64,000 nucleotides of DNA from Euprymna scolopes (GCA_053919585.1 CM132815.1), one strand, 5' to 3'; counted from the first letter of the stretch, positions 47,339-58,645 are shown. Program-made: numbers and translations. The notes: generated by a model not told the origin, from the letters alone.

Positions 47339-48636
47339 CATGGTGACCCATAAAGACTTACCCATGGGAAAACTTTAATAAAATTAAAACTAGAAAGGAA
47401 AATGAAAAAATGCTTCATCACTATTGTTTAGAAGTATATTCCAAACCAAGTCAAAAGATTAAATTTCAAAATGGCCGCCTTTTTCTTTGATCATTAGCTT
47501 GATACGTGCTGCCATTAAAGCGTAAGAACGTCGCACCACTTCTTCGTCCAACTTGGTCCAAGCAAAATGAAGGGCTGCCTTCAGGGAGTTCAAATTGGGG
47601 TAGGAAAATCTCGAAACGTCGCTCTCCAAAACAGACCAGATAGCGAAGCCCATACGATTGATATCTGGACTTGCTAGTGGCCACATTTGCTTATCCTAGA
47701 AGCCTGGGAAATAGTCCTTGCACCACCGTTGAGTCACATTCGCTGTGTGAGCTGGAGCACCGTCCTGTGTGAAGATGAAATCATCCCCAAATGATTCAGT
47801 GAGCTACGGCAGAACCTTTTCCTCCAACATATTCAAACAAACTTGACTATTGACTTTCACACCTTCCTCAATCACGATCAGCGGAGATTTGCTCCCATCG
47901 CATGCAACAGCAGCCCAGGCCATGACTGAAGCATGCTTCTGGCGTTTCAAATGGCTTCTGGCGTTGACTGACAAGTCCTTTGGACTTTTGGCATAAACCC
48001 TATCGTTCTGCTTATTGGTCACAGCCTCGACCGTGAACATTTTCTCATCAGACCAGATGAAGACCTTTCCTGTAGCTCGCTCCATCTCTTGCAACATCAA
48101 CTTGCCCTGTGCAGCCATTTCTGCTTCGAGGGTTCCGAAATTAACTGCCGGGACTGTTTTTGTATGGACTTAACTGAAGATCATTTTTAACAATCTTTTA
48201 CATCGAAGATCTTAAGATCTTTGCCTCTTTCGCAATTTTCATCACACTTCTGTGGATTTCGCTCCATCTTCTTTTTCACTGCAGAAGTAACACTTTTGGG
48301 GCGAAATCAGTGCGGGCCCCCATGGATTTGTTTTACCAGAGGTTAAGCCTGTCTCTTGAAACTGTTTCCAGGCATTGAAAACTGTTTTTCGACACACCTT
48401 GAGCTGTTTAACGATGCACTTGTTGCTAACGCCCGCAGTCTTGAGAGCGACAATCTGGTCGCGCTTAACCTTATCAGCCATAACTTACTGAATACCTGAA
48501 AGAAATGAATGAAACATCAGTTCAACATTGATAGATATATAGAGGTTTAATAAAAGAAACGTTCAAATTCCTAAACTAAATGCCTTTGGCAAATAATCAA
48601 CCCCAAATCATGAGTAAATCTTTATGGACCACCCTG
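47339..48636 (-). mobile_element. Full-length decayed Tc1/mariner-superfamily transposon of DD37D (maT) type
   Basis: 28-bp TIRs with 5 mismatches, TA on both sides; HTH ORF 48242-48481, WSDEKMFTVE..NKQNDRVY; 37 residues between QDGAPAH and the third-D position in SPDINRM(G). Confidence 0.9.
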
Positions 48637-49087
48637 TAAAGGAAATTTAACAGTGAAAATGGGAACATTACCCCTTGATGGGAATTCTATTAAATATGAT
48701 TTCTGGAGATGAAAAAGAGTTTTCGGTGAGTAGTTCTTTCTCATCTTCAGGACTTGTACAGATTAGTTACCTGCCGAAATCTCTTTTTAATCTCCAGGAC
48801 ATAGTGAGGAAAAAAATTTGGTGCGTAGCTGATCTACTTAAGTCTTGAACTTTAAAATTTTGTAGACAAAAATCAAAGATCTTTTCTGTGTGGACACAAA
48901 AAACTATGTGCTGGAATTCTAGCAGATTCAATATTTTTATGGATTAATTTCCGTTCCTGATTGGTTACTAGCAGAACATGACTCCATTTGATTGGTATAT
49001 TCCTATCGCCAGTGTTTATAAGCCTGCCAATTTTCTTTAATCATACCTTCTACTTATATAAAAAAAGATATTGCAACAAGTACTTAC

Positions 49088-49247
49088 CGAGATCATTAGT
49101 GGAGTAATTCGCTGAAAAGCCGAGACTATTTGGACCTCCTTTGTATTCAATTCGCATCAAACCTTGGCCAACACTTGCTTGAGGCAGGTTGTCAGAGCCA
49201 CAGTATTTCCCCAATAAAGGGGAGGATTTTGTATCACCATGTCGAAT
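49088..49247 (-). CDS. CUB gene exon 3: C-half of CUB (IRHGDTKSSPLLGKYCGSDNLP...LMRIEYKGGPNSLGFSANYSTNDL)
   Basis: TTTTAG acceptor, GTAAGT donor; 160 nt, phase 0 to 1; not in the ORF track. Confidence 0.93.
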
Positions 49248-49469
49248 CTAAAATAAAGTGAAAAGGGTTAGAATAATAATAATTTAGTAAATGTTCCGGA
49301 TTTATTTGAAAAAAAAATGGAATTCAAACAATTGTTTCTGCCCGTTCTAATCTCTTCGTAACATTCAAGATATTTTTGAAAAATTTTCAGTGATTTTTTT
49401 ACAACCACAATAAGCCATAAAAGAAATAAAACTAAAAATAAACACAACCGCCAACACTACATGAGAATT

Positions 49470-50135
49470 CACTATTCAAATTCCTCGGCTTAACATTCAC
49501 ATACAACATGAATTGGAAAAACTGCATTGAGGACATTGCCAACGTTGCTGCAAATAAGATGGGTTCCCTCTACCGTGCTAGAAATTACTCACACCTAAGA
49601 GTATCCTATATCTCTACAAAGCCATTGTTCGCCCATGCATGGAGTATTGTTGTCCCATTTGGGCTGGTGCATCTATCGCTTGTCTCTCCCTCTTAGATAG
49701 GTTCTGACAAAATCTCAAATCTAATAGGTCCCACACTATCAGCTAAGCTTCAACCTCTGTCCCGTCATTACAATGTAGTATCCTTGTGTCTGTTTTACAA
49801 GTACTTTAATAAAATATGCTCTGATGAACTCATAGTGCTTGTGTCCCCTCAAAGTAAATACATCTGACTAACCTTAAAAGTAGCAACATTCCACCCTTTA
49901 CTGAAAAGGTTAACAAATACCGGAAAGCCTCCTTTTTTTTTCTTTTTTCAAACAGCTAGATTTTTTAATTCCCTCCATTTCTTGCTTCTCAGACTGTACT
50001 AACATATTGAAATTTTAATGTAATGTGAACAGACATCTCGCTACTCAACTCCCAAGATAGTGATCCTGTAGACATGTTCCCAGATAGTAGTCTCTTACGT
50101 CCAAGTGGCAACATGCCTTGTTTGGGGGTGAAAAA
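49470..50135 (+). mobile_element. Older, diverged CR1/L2-group LINE fragment
   Basis: LGLTFTYNMNWKNCIEDIANVAANKMGSLYRAR; RPCMEYCCPIWAGA and LQPLS in a shifted frame. Confidence 0.78.
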
Positions 50136-50276
50136 GAGTCAAAAGAAAAAGTTCTTTTAGCTTAGTTATCCCTTTTTTAGAAAGCAATGTGGCAAATCAA
50201 ATGGGGAAAGAAAAAAAGATTGAAGAGAGCAAACAAACGTGCAATGAAAGAACTAAGCAAAGAAATGGAGGAACGA

Positions 50277-50341
<65 letters not shown>

Positions 50342-51104
50342 TTGAAGTTGTAGAGATTGGTAGTTGTGCTTATTAGAAATGACCACGTTGTAGTAAGGTC
50401 TACATTCATTTGACTGACCTTGCTAGAGATAATCTAAAATGGGTCAGCACAGCTCCATTAAAAAAGAAAAACATTTCTTCTACATTTTTCATCTTGCGTG
50501 TTATTTCCATAACGTTTTCACCGATGTAACCTCCGACCTTATTCAGATGTCGCTTGTAAAATTCTGGAATCTGCATGGAATTTCGAATTCCATTACCCAT
50601 TTTTTAATCCACGGGGAAAGCATGCTCTCATTTCCAATAATGTAGTTTCCCGATTACGATAGAAATATTCCAAGAGACACCTGAAGAAAGCCGGAGATTA
50701 AATCGACCGAAACTTTCTGAAAATAATGTTCAAGATGAGAACAGTAGTCGAAAAAATACAAATAATACGAATGATTCATCCTCATCTAAAAAGATTTCAG
50801 AACCCCCCCCCCAAAAAAAAAGCACACCTGCTTAGTAGTGTTCTAATCGTCCTGCGTATTCCAATGCGAGTCTGGACATGTCGGTGTAAGCCAACCGAAC
50901 CACGTAGTAATAACTATGCGATTGATTACATGTAAATTTAAAATAATTTTTTTTAAATGTTGATACAGAATTACCATGTTTATTGCTTTTGCTTAACTGT
51001 TGCGTTTCTGTCTTTTGTAGATCTTGATCGTTGTTAGTGGACAATAAACGTTTGCAACACAAATAGATTCTGTTCTTATTTCAATGCTTCCGTTCAGTCT
51101 CGAA

Positions 51105-51355
51105 AAACAAAGGATACCCCTGTAGGGGCAGCTGCGCGTGTAATCCCTAACCACACCCCTCCGGAATCAGCACTGTTTGAGTCCAGTGGCAAGGAGAAGT
51201 TTATGACGACTGGAAACAATGCCGGGATAAGGGGAGAGCACATACAGCACCTGGAAGTCTCAAATGGTCACCCACTTACTACTGACCAATTTCAATGTTG
51301 CTTAACTTCGACGATCCAGAGAGAACCAGTGTGTCAACGTTGATTATATCGTACT
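51105..51355 (-). mobile_element. 5S rRNA-derived element (SINE3-like, or 5S pseudogene with extra body)
   Basis: Minus strand of 51241-51355 contains ACTGGTTCTC..GATC..CGAAGTTAAGCAAC...GGTCAGTA...GGGTGACC....GAGACTTCCAGGTGCTGT, colinear with 5S rRNA; followed by a non-5S GC-rich body. Confidence 0.78.
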
Positions 51356-51493
51356 GTTGTTATTTACTTAATCATTTAACTGATACAAAGTTACAAATTC
51401 ACTTCTTGTATCTCACGCTCAAAAAAATATATAATGTAGACGTCTTTAACAAACAAGAAAACACAACTAAAAAATAAGAAAGCACCGGCAGAC

Positions 51494-51693
51494 CTCGACA
51501 TAATCGGATGTGCAATTCTGAAGGGTTTTATTGGATTGGGATTCACCAAATTCATTGAAGAGGAGCGAAATCTTCTTGGTCGAAGGTTGTCGTATAAGAA
51601 ACACACACAATTCATCGGAACTGTTGTCACTGCCAGTTCCATAAAATGGAGTCTCCAGGATTCCGCTTGGATTTATAAAAACACCGCCACAAG
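51494..51693 (-). CDS. CUB gene exon 2: N-half of CUB (ACGGVFINPSGILETPFYG...LCVFLIRQPSTKKISLLFNEFG...NCTSDYVE)
   Basis: TTTTCAG acceptor, weak GTCTGC donor; 200 nt, phase 1 to 0; ORF track shows another frame. Confidence 0.9.
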
Positions 51694-52705
51694 CTGAAAA
51701 GTAAAAAATGGTTCAAGTATTAGGGGAGGCGGGAGTAATCAAGCGGGAGGGGAGTAAACAGGGGAACAAGGGGACATACTCGCAAATGAGGGACATAAAT
51801 AAAAATCCAATATTCAGATTTATCATGAGAGCAGAGAGAAGATAAAAAGAGAGAGACGTAACCAAAGAGAGAGAATGAAAGAAAGAGAGAGAGAGAAAAA
51901 AAGAGAGTAAATAGAGAGAGATAAAAAAAGAGATAGAGAGAGACGGTTAAACAAAGAGATTTTTTTCCACAGAAGTGAAAAACAAAGTCAGTTTCCAGTT
52001 GACAACATCAATCGAAAAGACATTTGATGTGAAATGATTTGTGTACATGAAACAATATGGCTACGCCTCGTATACGCACAATATCGCTTGGCGAAAGCTG
52101 AGGCAGTAAAAAAAAAATCTTATTAAAAACGTTGAATGATGTTTGAAGAGAAATGATTGCGTCGATTAGAAGAGTATCTTAAAGACAATGAATATTCTCA
52201 CTTCTCTGGGGGTTTTTTTCTTTATTACCCTCGCCTGTTAATTAAGCGAGAGTGACAGAAGCAAGAATGATAGATACTGTATAAAGTAAGAAGGTCAGGA
52301 AGGTCAATAAACAAGTCCAGATAAGCTGAGAGAGATAGAAATTTAGTAACAGATTGGTCATTACGTGAGTTAATTGCAAATTGCGTCTAATTGGGACAAT
52401 CTATATATTATTAGAATAGCGTGTGTGCTATTGTGTTGTCATGCTTACATCTTTTTTTTTCTTATTAGTGACTGTCGTTTAATAGTTATGACCTTCCATT
52501 TCTTGTCATAATCAATTTTACCAAGAATTCATCAGAAATTTTGGTTTCGATTACAGCTGATGACACTCAAGTTAAATATGAGTTAAAAACGGAGTAATTT
52601 AAGCAAATAATAAGGTATTTGCGGCTTCTCTTCTCTTTCAATTTTCGGATTTTTAATCATGTCCAAATGCATTTTATTTCCTTTTGTTAGGTTGGCAGTT
52701 GCTAT

Positions 52706-52792
52706 TTCTTCTGATGAGTTAAGGGCAATAGATTCATTGATTGATAAAATTAAGTGAATGGTTTTGTGCTACGAAACAGATACTGTCAAGAA
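52706..52792 (+). ncRNA. Type I hammerhead ribozyme with extended stem II
   Basis: TTCTT-CTGATGA-[55-nt stem II]-GAAAC-AGATACT-GTC-AAGAA; canonical core and GUC cleavage triplet. Confidence 0.8.
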
Positions 52793-52879
52793 TTGTAAGT
52801 GTCAAGTGAATAAAAGGAATAAATTGTAAGATGGTCAACATCATGAAATTTGAAATATATACTTTTGTCATTTTTTCCT

Positions 52880-52918
<39 letters not shown>

Positions 52919-53033
52919 TTGTAATTCAATGAATTTTAAAAAAACTCTCATTGAAATGAAATGAAGTGGTTCAGTTTCTTATCAAAGAATATTTATTATT
53001 CTAAGCAAGACAAAGAATGCTTTAGAAAATTAA

Positions 53034-53081
53034 TCTCCTTAACCTATAGGGTTTCGATGTCTACCATCTCATCAGAGGAGA
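53034..53081 (-). ncRNA. Type I minimal hammerhead ribozyme
   Basis: TCTCCT-CTGATGA-GATGGTAGACATC-GAAAC-CCTATAGG-TTA-AGGAGA. Confidence 0.8.
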
Positions 53082-53873
53082 GAAAATATTAGCAAATAGT
53101 TATAAAGGTATGCACCTTATTTGCTAAAGTCAGTGAGACATGGAAAGTCAAAGTGAAAATAATGCATTTATCAGAAGTCCTGTAGCAGGAAGATTTGTAG
53201 AAAAAGGATATGAATGTTTTTTTTAGATCCAGCTTGCTTGGTAAAATCCATGTTATACGTTCTCTACATCCGTTTTGGTAAAGTTACATATTGGGTAATC
53301 CGCATATGATGGCTACATATGTGGATACATGTTTCCGTGATCACCCGCGTTGGGGGATTACGTTTTCAGGCCAAGAATTATCGTCGGGAACTGATATTTC
53401 AAACCAAAACAGTTTCTTATTTCGTTTACAAAGTTAGAATGTAACATGGGTGTGGGTTATGAGCGGGGAAAGAATAAATAAGCTCTTTGAAGATAATAAA
53501 CCTCTTCTTTTTTACTTCCCTTTTTTATATTACTTTTTAAGTTTATCTATCCCATCTTTTGGTTTTTACTGTATAAGGTACTTGAGAATTTAGTATTTTT
53601 GTCTTGCGGTTAGTAATTAAAAACATTCCTCATGGTTATTGAGTNNNNNNNNNNNNNNNNNNNNNNNNNNNNNNNNNNNNNNNNNNNNNNNNNNNNNNNN
53701 NNNNNNNNNNNNNNNNNNNNNNNNNNNNNNNNNNNNNNNNNNNNNNNNNNNNNNNNNNNNNNNNNNNNNNNNNNNNNNNNNNNNNNNNNNNNNNNNNNNN
53801 NNNNNNNNNNNNTAAATGCAATTGTAGACACCGCACACTTTGCCCAGTCCAAAATAAATGTCTAACAAAAAGT

Positions 53874-54245
53874 GTGGTTTATCAAGCAACAATATTTGCG
53901 AAAGAAAACCCGAATAACAAGAAATATTACATAGGCATGACTTCCTTAGATTTCAAAACCCGATACTATGACCACAAAAGTACATTCAAAAATAAAAAAA
54001 AACACCGTATAAAAACAACACTAGCGAATAAATACTGGGAACTCAAAGAAAGCGGACATTCGCCGGTAGTCGAATGGAAAATAATGAGACAAGTTACCAC
54101 GTGCAGACATTTAGACGACCCATGTAAATTATGCCTCCATGAAAAATTTGCTATCCTGTACTTTAAAGAACCTCAAAATCTATTAAACTGTAGACGAGTA
54201 ATAGCAAACAACTGTGTTCACAAAATAAAACTTACTCTAGGATAG
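53874..54245 (+). pseudogene. Penelope GIY-YIG endonuclease domain (ORF C-terminus)
   Basis: VVYQATIF...KYYIGMTSLDFKTRYYDHKSTF, WKIM, CKLCLHEKFAIL, LLN. Confidence 0.88.
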
Positions 54246-55063
54246 CGATACAAAATTGCTTTAAAACTAACAATAACAATAGAAAACAAACAAACAAATA
54301 AATAAATTAAACAAACATGAATATACATAAACGATCACACATATATGTGTATATATATATGTATATATATGTGCATGTATGTGTGTACACATAGGTATAT
54401 TTATATATATAAAAAAACAAAAAAAGGAAGGAAAAGATCTACCTTAAACCACTAACCTAGTTCTAAAACAGATCCTTTGTTCGATAAAATGCATGCCCAT
54501 TGGCTGATAGGAAGGGGCGCGGTGGATACTAGAAAGCTGATTGACTAACTAGAAATCCTCAACATATATAAAAACAAGAAGCAACCCCAGAATTCACGCA
54601 TAAGCCTGACGGATCCTATAGTGGATGAAACGCAGAATATTCAGTGTAGCTTAATCGCCANNNNNNNNNNNNNNNNNNNNNNNNNNNNNNNNNNNNNNNN
54701 NNNNNNNNNNNNNNNNNNNNNNNNNNNNNNNNNNNNNNNNNNNNNNNNNNNNNNNNNNNNNNNNNNNNNNNNNNNNNNNNNNNNNNNNNNNNNNNNNNNN
54801 NNNNNNNNNNNNNNNAAGATATAGTGAGAGTTAGAGATACATAGAGAGTGAGATAGACTTCAGGAAAGAAACGTTGGTTAACTCAGCTTTAGATACAGTA
54901 TATTAATAGATATTTGTAGTTATTATATTTATTGCCCTCTACCCAATTTTATTTTATCGATTCTCTTATAAAAAAAACGAAAAAACAAATAAATGAAATA
55001 AATAAATTTACACATATTATTAGTGTCTTTAGTTACCTTGTTTCCCTGGTTTGCGACAAAAAG

Positions 55064-55114
<51 letters not shown>

Positions 55115-55117
<3 letters not shown>

Positions 55118-55279
55118 GTAATATATTCATGCACAATTACAGAGCTCCCACGCAATTCTCCCATAATAGACAATACTATTTTGTCACCAAATTATCCTTC
55201 CTCCGACCCTCCCTCTGATACAATTATTAATCCAACAAACGAATCAACCAGCCCCTATATTTTCAATCATACAACTAGC

Positions 55280-55340
<61 letters not shown>

Positions 55341-57346
55341 TTTTTCAAAGCAGCCATCCTAACATTGACAACACTAATTATCCCCTCCAAAACAATCCTG
55401 CTACAATCATTGTCCTACCCTCTGTTCATCAAAATGAACAAAATTTAAATTTTCTCCCCAGTATACATCAACAAATTAATATTAATTCTCGACCCCGAGC
55501 TATTAATAAAACATATACATATATTGGTGCTACTTCAACTTTAATAAAGAAAAGAATTTCAAACCACACTTCTTCTTTCAATAACCAAAATTCAAATAAT
55601 AACCAGGGAACTTCTCTAACTACACTGGTTAAAAAGCTTAATTCTGCCAATACCCACTTTTCAATTAAATGGACCATCTTAAAAAAAGTTAAGTCTTATA
55701 CTCCAGGATCTAAGTCTTGTCACCTCTGTACATCATAAGCTATAACTATTATCACCTCCCCTCAAAGTAGTAATATAATAAACTCTAAAAACGAACTGAT
55801 CTCCTATTCCAAACATATGTACAAATTTAAATATCGTAAATTTGAAATTACATAGCTATTAAGTTAACCCTTCAAATATATATCTTTTCCCACAATTTTT
55901 ATTTTATCTTACCTTCTAAGCTTTTTATATTTTTAATTTTATTTGTTTTTCTTTATTTCTTTGGCCAGTTTCCCATCTGTTGTCTCCGTTTTATTGTATA
56001 AGTATACCTATTAATTAAGTATGTACATCAGCCTACTCATTTTTATTCTATGTATTTGTTTACTTATATTTTACTATATGCATTTACATACACATTTATT
56101 TGTCTTATTCCGGAGTTTGTAGATACTGGCCATTCCCTCCCCTTAAACTGTATGTATGTATGTATGTATGTATGTATGTTCGTATGTATTTGTGTTTATG
56201 TTGTATATGTTTTTGGATATGTATATATGTATGCATACGTGTGTGTGTGTTTGTATATATATGTGTATATATGCGTGTGTGTTATTGTATATGTATGCAT
56301 ATATGTATATATATGTATATGCGTGTGTATATGTATATTATGTGTNNNNNNNNNNNNNNNNNNNNNNNNNNNNNNNNNNNNNNNNNNNNNNNNNNNNNNN
56401 NNNNNNNNNNNNNNNNNNNNNNNNNNNNNNNNNNNNNNNNNNNNNNNNNNNNNNNNNNNNNNNNNNNNNNNNNNNNNNNNNNNNNNNNNNNNNNNNNNNN
56501 NNNNNNNNNNNNNNNNNNNNNNNNNNNNNNNNNNNNNNNNNNNNNNNNNNNNNNNNNTTTTTACTCTTCTTAATATAATAGACGCTCCATTTTATAAACT
56601 TAGCCATTTACCTGTTTCACTAACTCATGTTTCTTAATTTCATTCTGGGACTTTCACGTGCGTATTTAAGTTGACCTAATTATTAACGCTAACTTTCGCG
56701 CTTTTTGTCTGGATCATTTTGACCTTGCTTTTTCAAATTTAAACTTTCACCGTTTTTCCGTTTTTTTTCTTTGTTTTTTTTTTTAACCTTAATTTACTTG
56801 ATTCTTCCGGCCTTGACAGATGTGTTTAAATATTCTCTCCAGTGCTTTTTCTGTGCACATTTGAACTTTTCTTTTAATGATTTTGAACTCATTCCATTTG
56901 TGATTTTTTCCAAGGAATTCTGCCTTTTGGATCATTTTGGACCATCTTCCAGTTACGCGATTCCTTTGGAACTTACCTGTTGGATTGGAAGTTTTTGATT
57001 CGCCCGTGTTTGGATTTTACCATTCTTGGATTTTCTACCCTTCACCGGACTATCCATTCATGTGAAATCTTTTTATCATTTTTTCTTTTACCTCCTATTC
57101 CCCTCACCTGACCCTTCTTTTAACCAAGTAAGATCTGTGACTTACATGTGGTTTCATTAAATACTTTTACATGCAAAATCCGATCCCGCATTTTGCTAAT
57201 TCCTGCCCTCTGATGAGAAGGAGAGTATTTCTTCGAAACTCCGCGGATTAAGGACTATCCACGTATCTTGTGCTTCCTTTTTTAAAATTAAATATGTTTT
57301 TAATTCTTTTTCAAGATGTTTTTTAACATGTTTTATTAATCATTTG

Positions 57347-57350
<4 letters not shown>
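55115..57350 (+). mobile_element. 5'-truncated Penelope-like element, same family as 19556-21775
   Basis: NVIYSCTI...TYIGATSTLIKKRISNHTSSF...CHLCTS; 3' repeat with hammerhead 57205-57255; (TA)n on both sides. Confidence 0.88.
57205..57255 (+). ncRNA. Type I minimal hammerhead ribozyme (Penelope terminal repeat)
   Basis: GCCCT-CTGATGA-GAAGGAGAGTATTTCTTC-GAAAC-TCCGCGGA-TTA-AGGAC. Confidence 0.78.
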
Positions 57351-57387
<37 letters not shown>

Positions 57388-57390
<3 letters not shown>

Positions 57391-57871
57391 GCATCCAAAA
57401 AATCACTGAAGAGTTTTGAGTTTTGAACTTAAACAGATTCTTTACTTTTGATATCTTTCTGTAATTTAAACACAATCTGACTAAGACATTGAGAATTTAA
57501 CTTTGCGTTTTAATTTTTCTTGTGAGAAAATCTTAAGAAAAGAATCTATGTTAACAAACCCCAAACCCTGCAAGAATCGAAGGAAAATATAAGAGAGTTA
57601 AATCGCAATCCAGAGATTCTGCAATCTATCATGAATAATGTTTTGGAAAGAGCACAAATATGCGAACCTGAAAATGGACAACATTTAAAAGACATTATTT
57701 TTCATAAATAAAGATTGTTTGAATTTTGTATTTTTAAAAAATAATTCCCTATGTGTTAGTTTGATTGTGTTAAAATTACAGAAAGATATCAAAAATAAAT
57801 AATCAAAAATAAATAATCAAAAATAAATAATCTATTTAAGTTCAAAACTCGTCAATTATTTTTGGGATGAA
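57388..57871. mobile_element. MITE-like element with ~100-bp imperfect terminal inverted repeats
   Basis: CATCCAAAAAAT...GAGTTTTGAACTTAAA.AGATT...TTTTGATATCTTTCTGTAATTT.AACACAATC is the reverse complement of 57755-57869; sits next to (TA)n. Confidence 0.75.
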
Positions 57872-58282
57872 ATCCGACGATATGAAATTCAAAAGAGTAT
57901 ATTGTTCTTGTTTCATCAACCATGGCGGGTTAAAGTCTTAATCCATTTTTAGTCTATTCTTAATTAGTACCGCATGTAATAAGACTTGAACTTTCAACCT
58001 TTGGAATATTAGACGTTCGGATTGTATGTTTCTCAACGCTTTTATCCGTTGTCCGCATGGCTGTGCGGTGCAAAGAATACGTGTTCACCAATTAATATTA
58101 AAGTAAGCACATAAAACGTTCACATATTGCCAAAGATTTTAACATTTTGTGTATATTATCGTAATCAGTAGCTTGGCATCTATTTAACTGTGATAGGGCT
58201 TTGGAAAGCTTTCGTCACACAACAGACATTTCAATCCTACAATTAAATCCATTACGCAACCAATTCGCTCAAATTGACTTAC

Positions 58283-58439
58283 CAATTCTCCAGTTCAGAC
58301 TGAAACCGACGTATGAAGACGCTTGGCCAGTTTTGAATTTTAACCAGAGACTATTTTTATTGGAAATAATTTCAGGCGGAATTATCTGTCCACAATATCG
58401 ACCGATAAGTGGTGATGTTGGCGTAGAACCATCGCGAAT
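58283..58439 (-). CDS. CUB gene exon 1 of 9 seen: C-half of CUB (IRDGSTPTSPLIGRYCGQIIPPEIISNKNSLWLKFKTG...GFSLNWRI)
   Basis: TTTTACAG acceptor, GTAAGT donor; 157 nt, phase 0 to 1; classic IRDG...GRYCG...LWLKF...GF motif; not in the ORF track. Confidence 0.94.
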
Positions 58440-58645
58440 CTGTAAAAAAAATTACAAAAGCATTAGTTCATAAGGAATTAAAACGCTTGTTTCGAATGAT
58501 AAATTTGTGCTAGGACATTGTAGGAACCGGAAGTCAGTAATTGTGCATATTACAAATCAGATTTCTCGTAAATGCCCGCTTTACAAAAAACAAACAAACA
58601 AAAAAAACAAAGCAAAAATCTGACACCTGTTCACATACCCATCTT

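Larger units (their letters stand above)
52915..54660 (+). mobile_element. Penelope-like element(s): inverted repeat with hammerhead, GIY-YIG ORF and downstream hammerhead-like motif; broken by gaps
   Basis: GIY-YIG ORF 53874-54245; hammerhead 53034-53081 (minus) and 54601-54653; starts at (TA)n; the pieces may belong to more than one element. Confidence 0.7.

Noticed and set aside
51241-51355. Functional 5S rRNA gene
   Set aside because: Many substitutions, single copy and no T-run terminator at the 5S end
56050-56637. Long ORFs over microsatellites and N gaps (also 20610-20987, 53610-53892, 9018-9443, 38944-39216, 50177-50409)
   Set aside because: Artefacts of simple repeats or N runs
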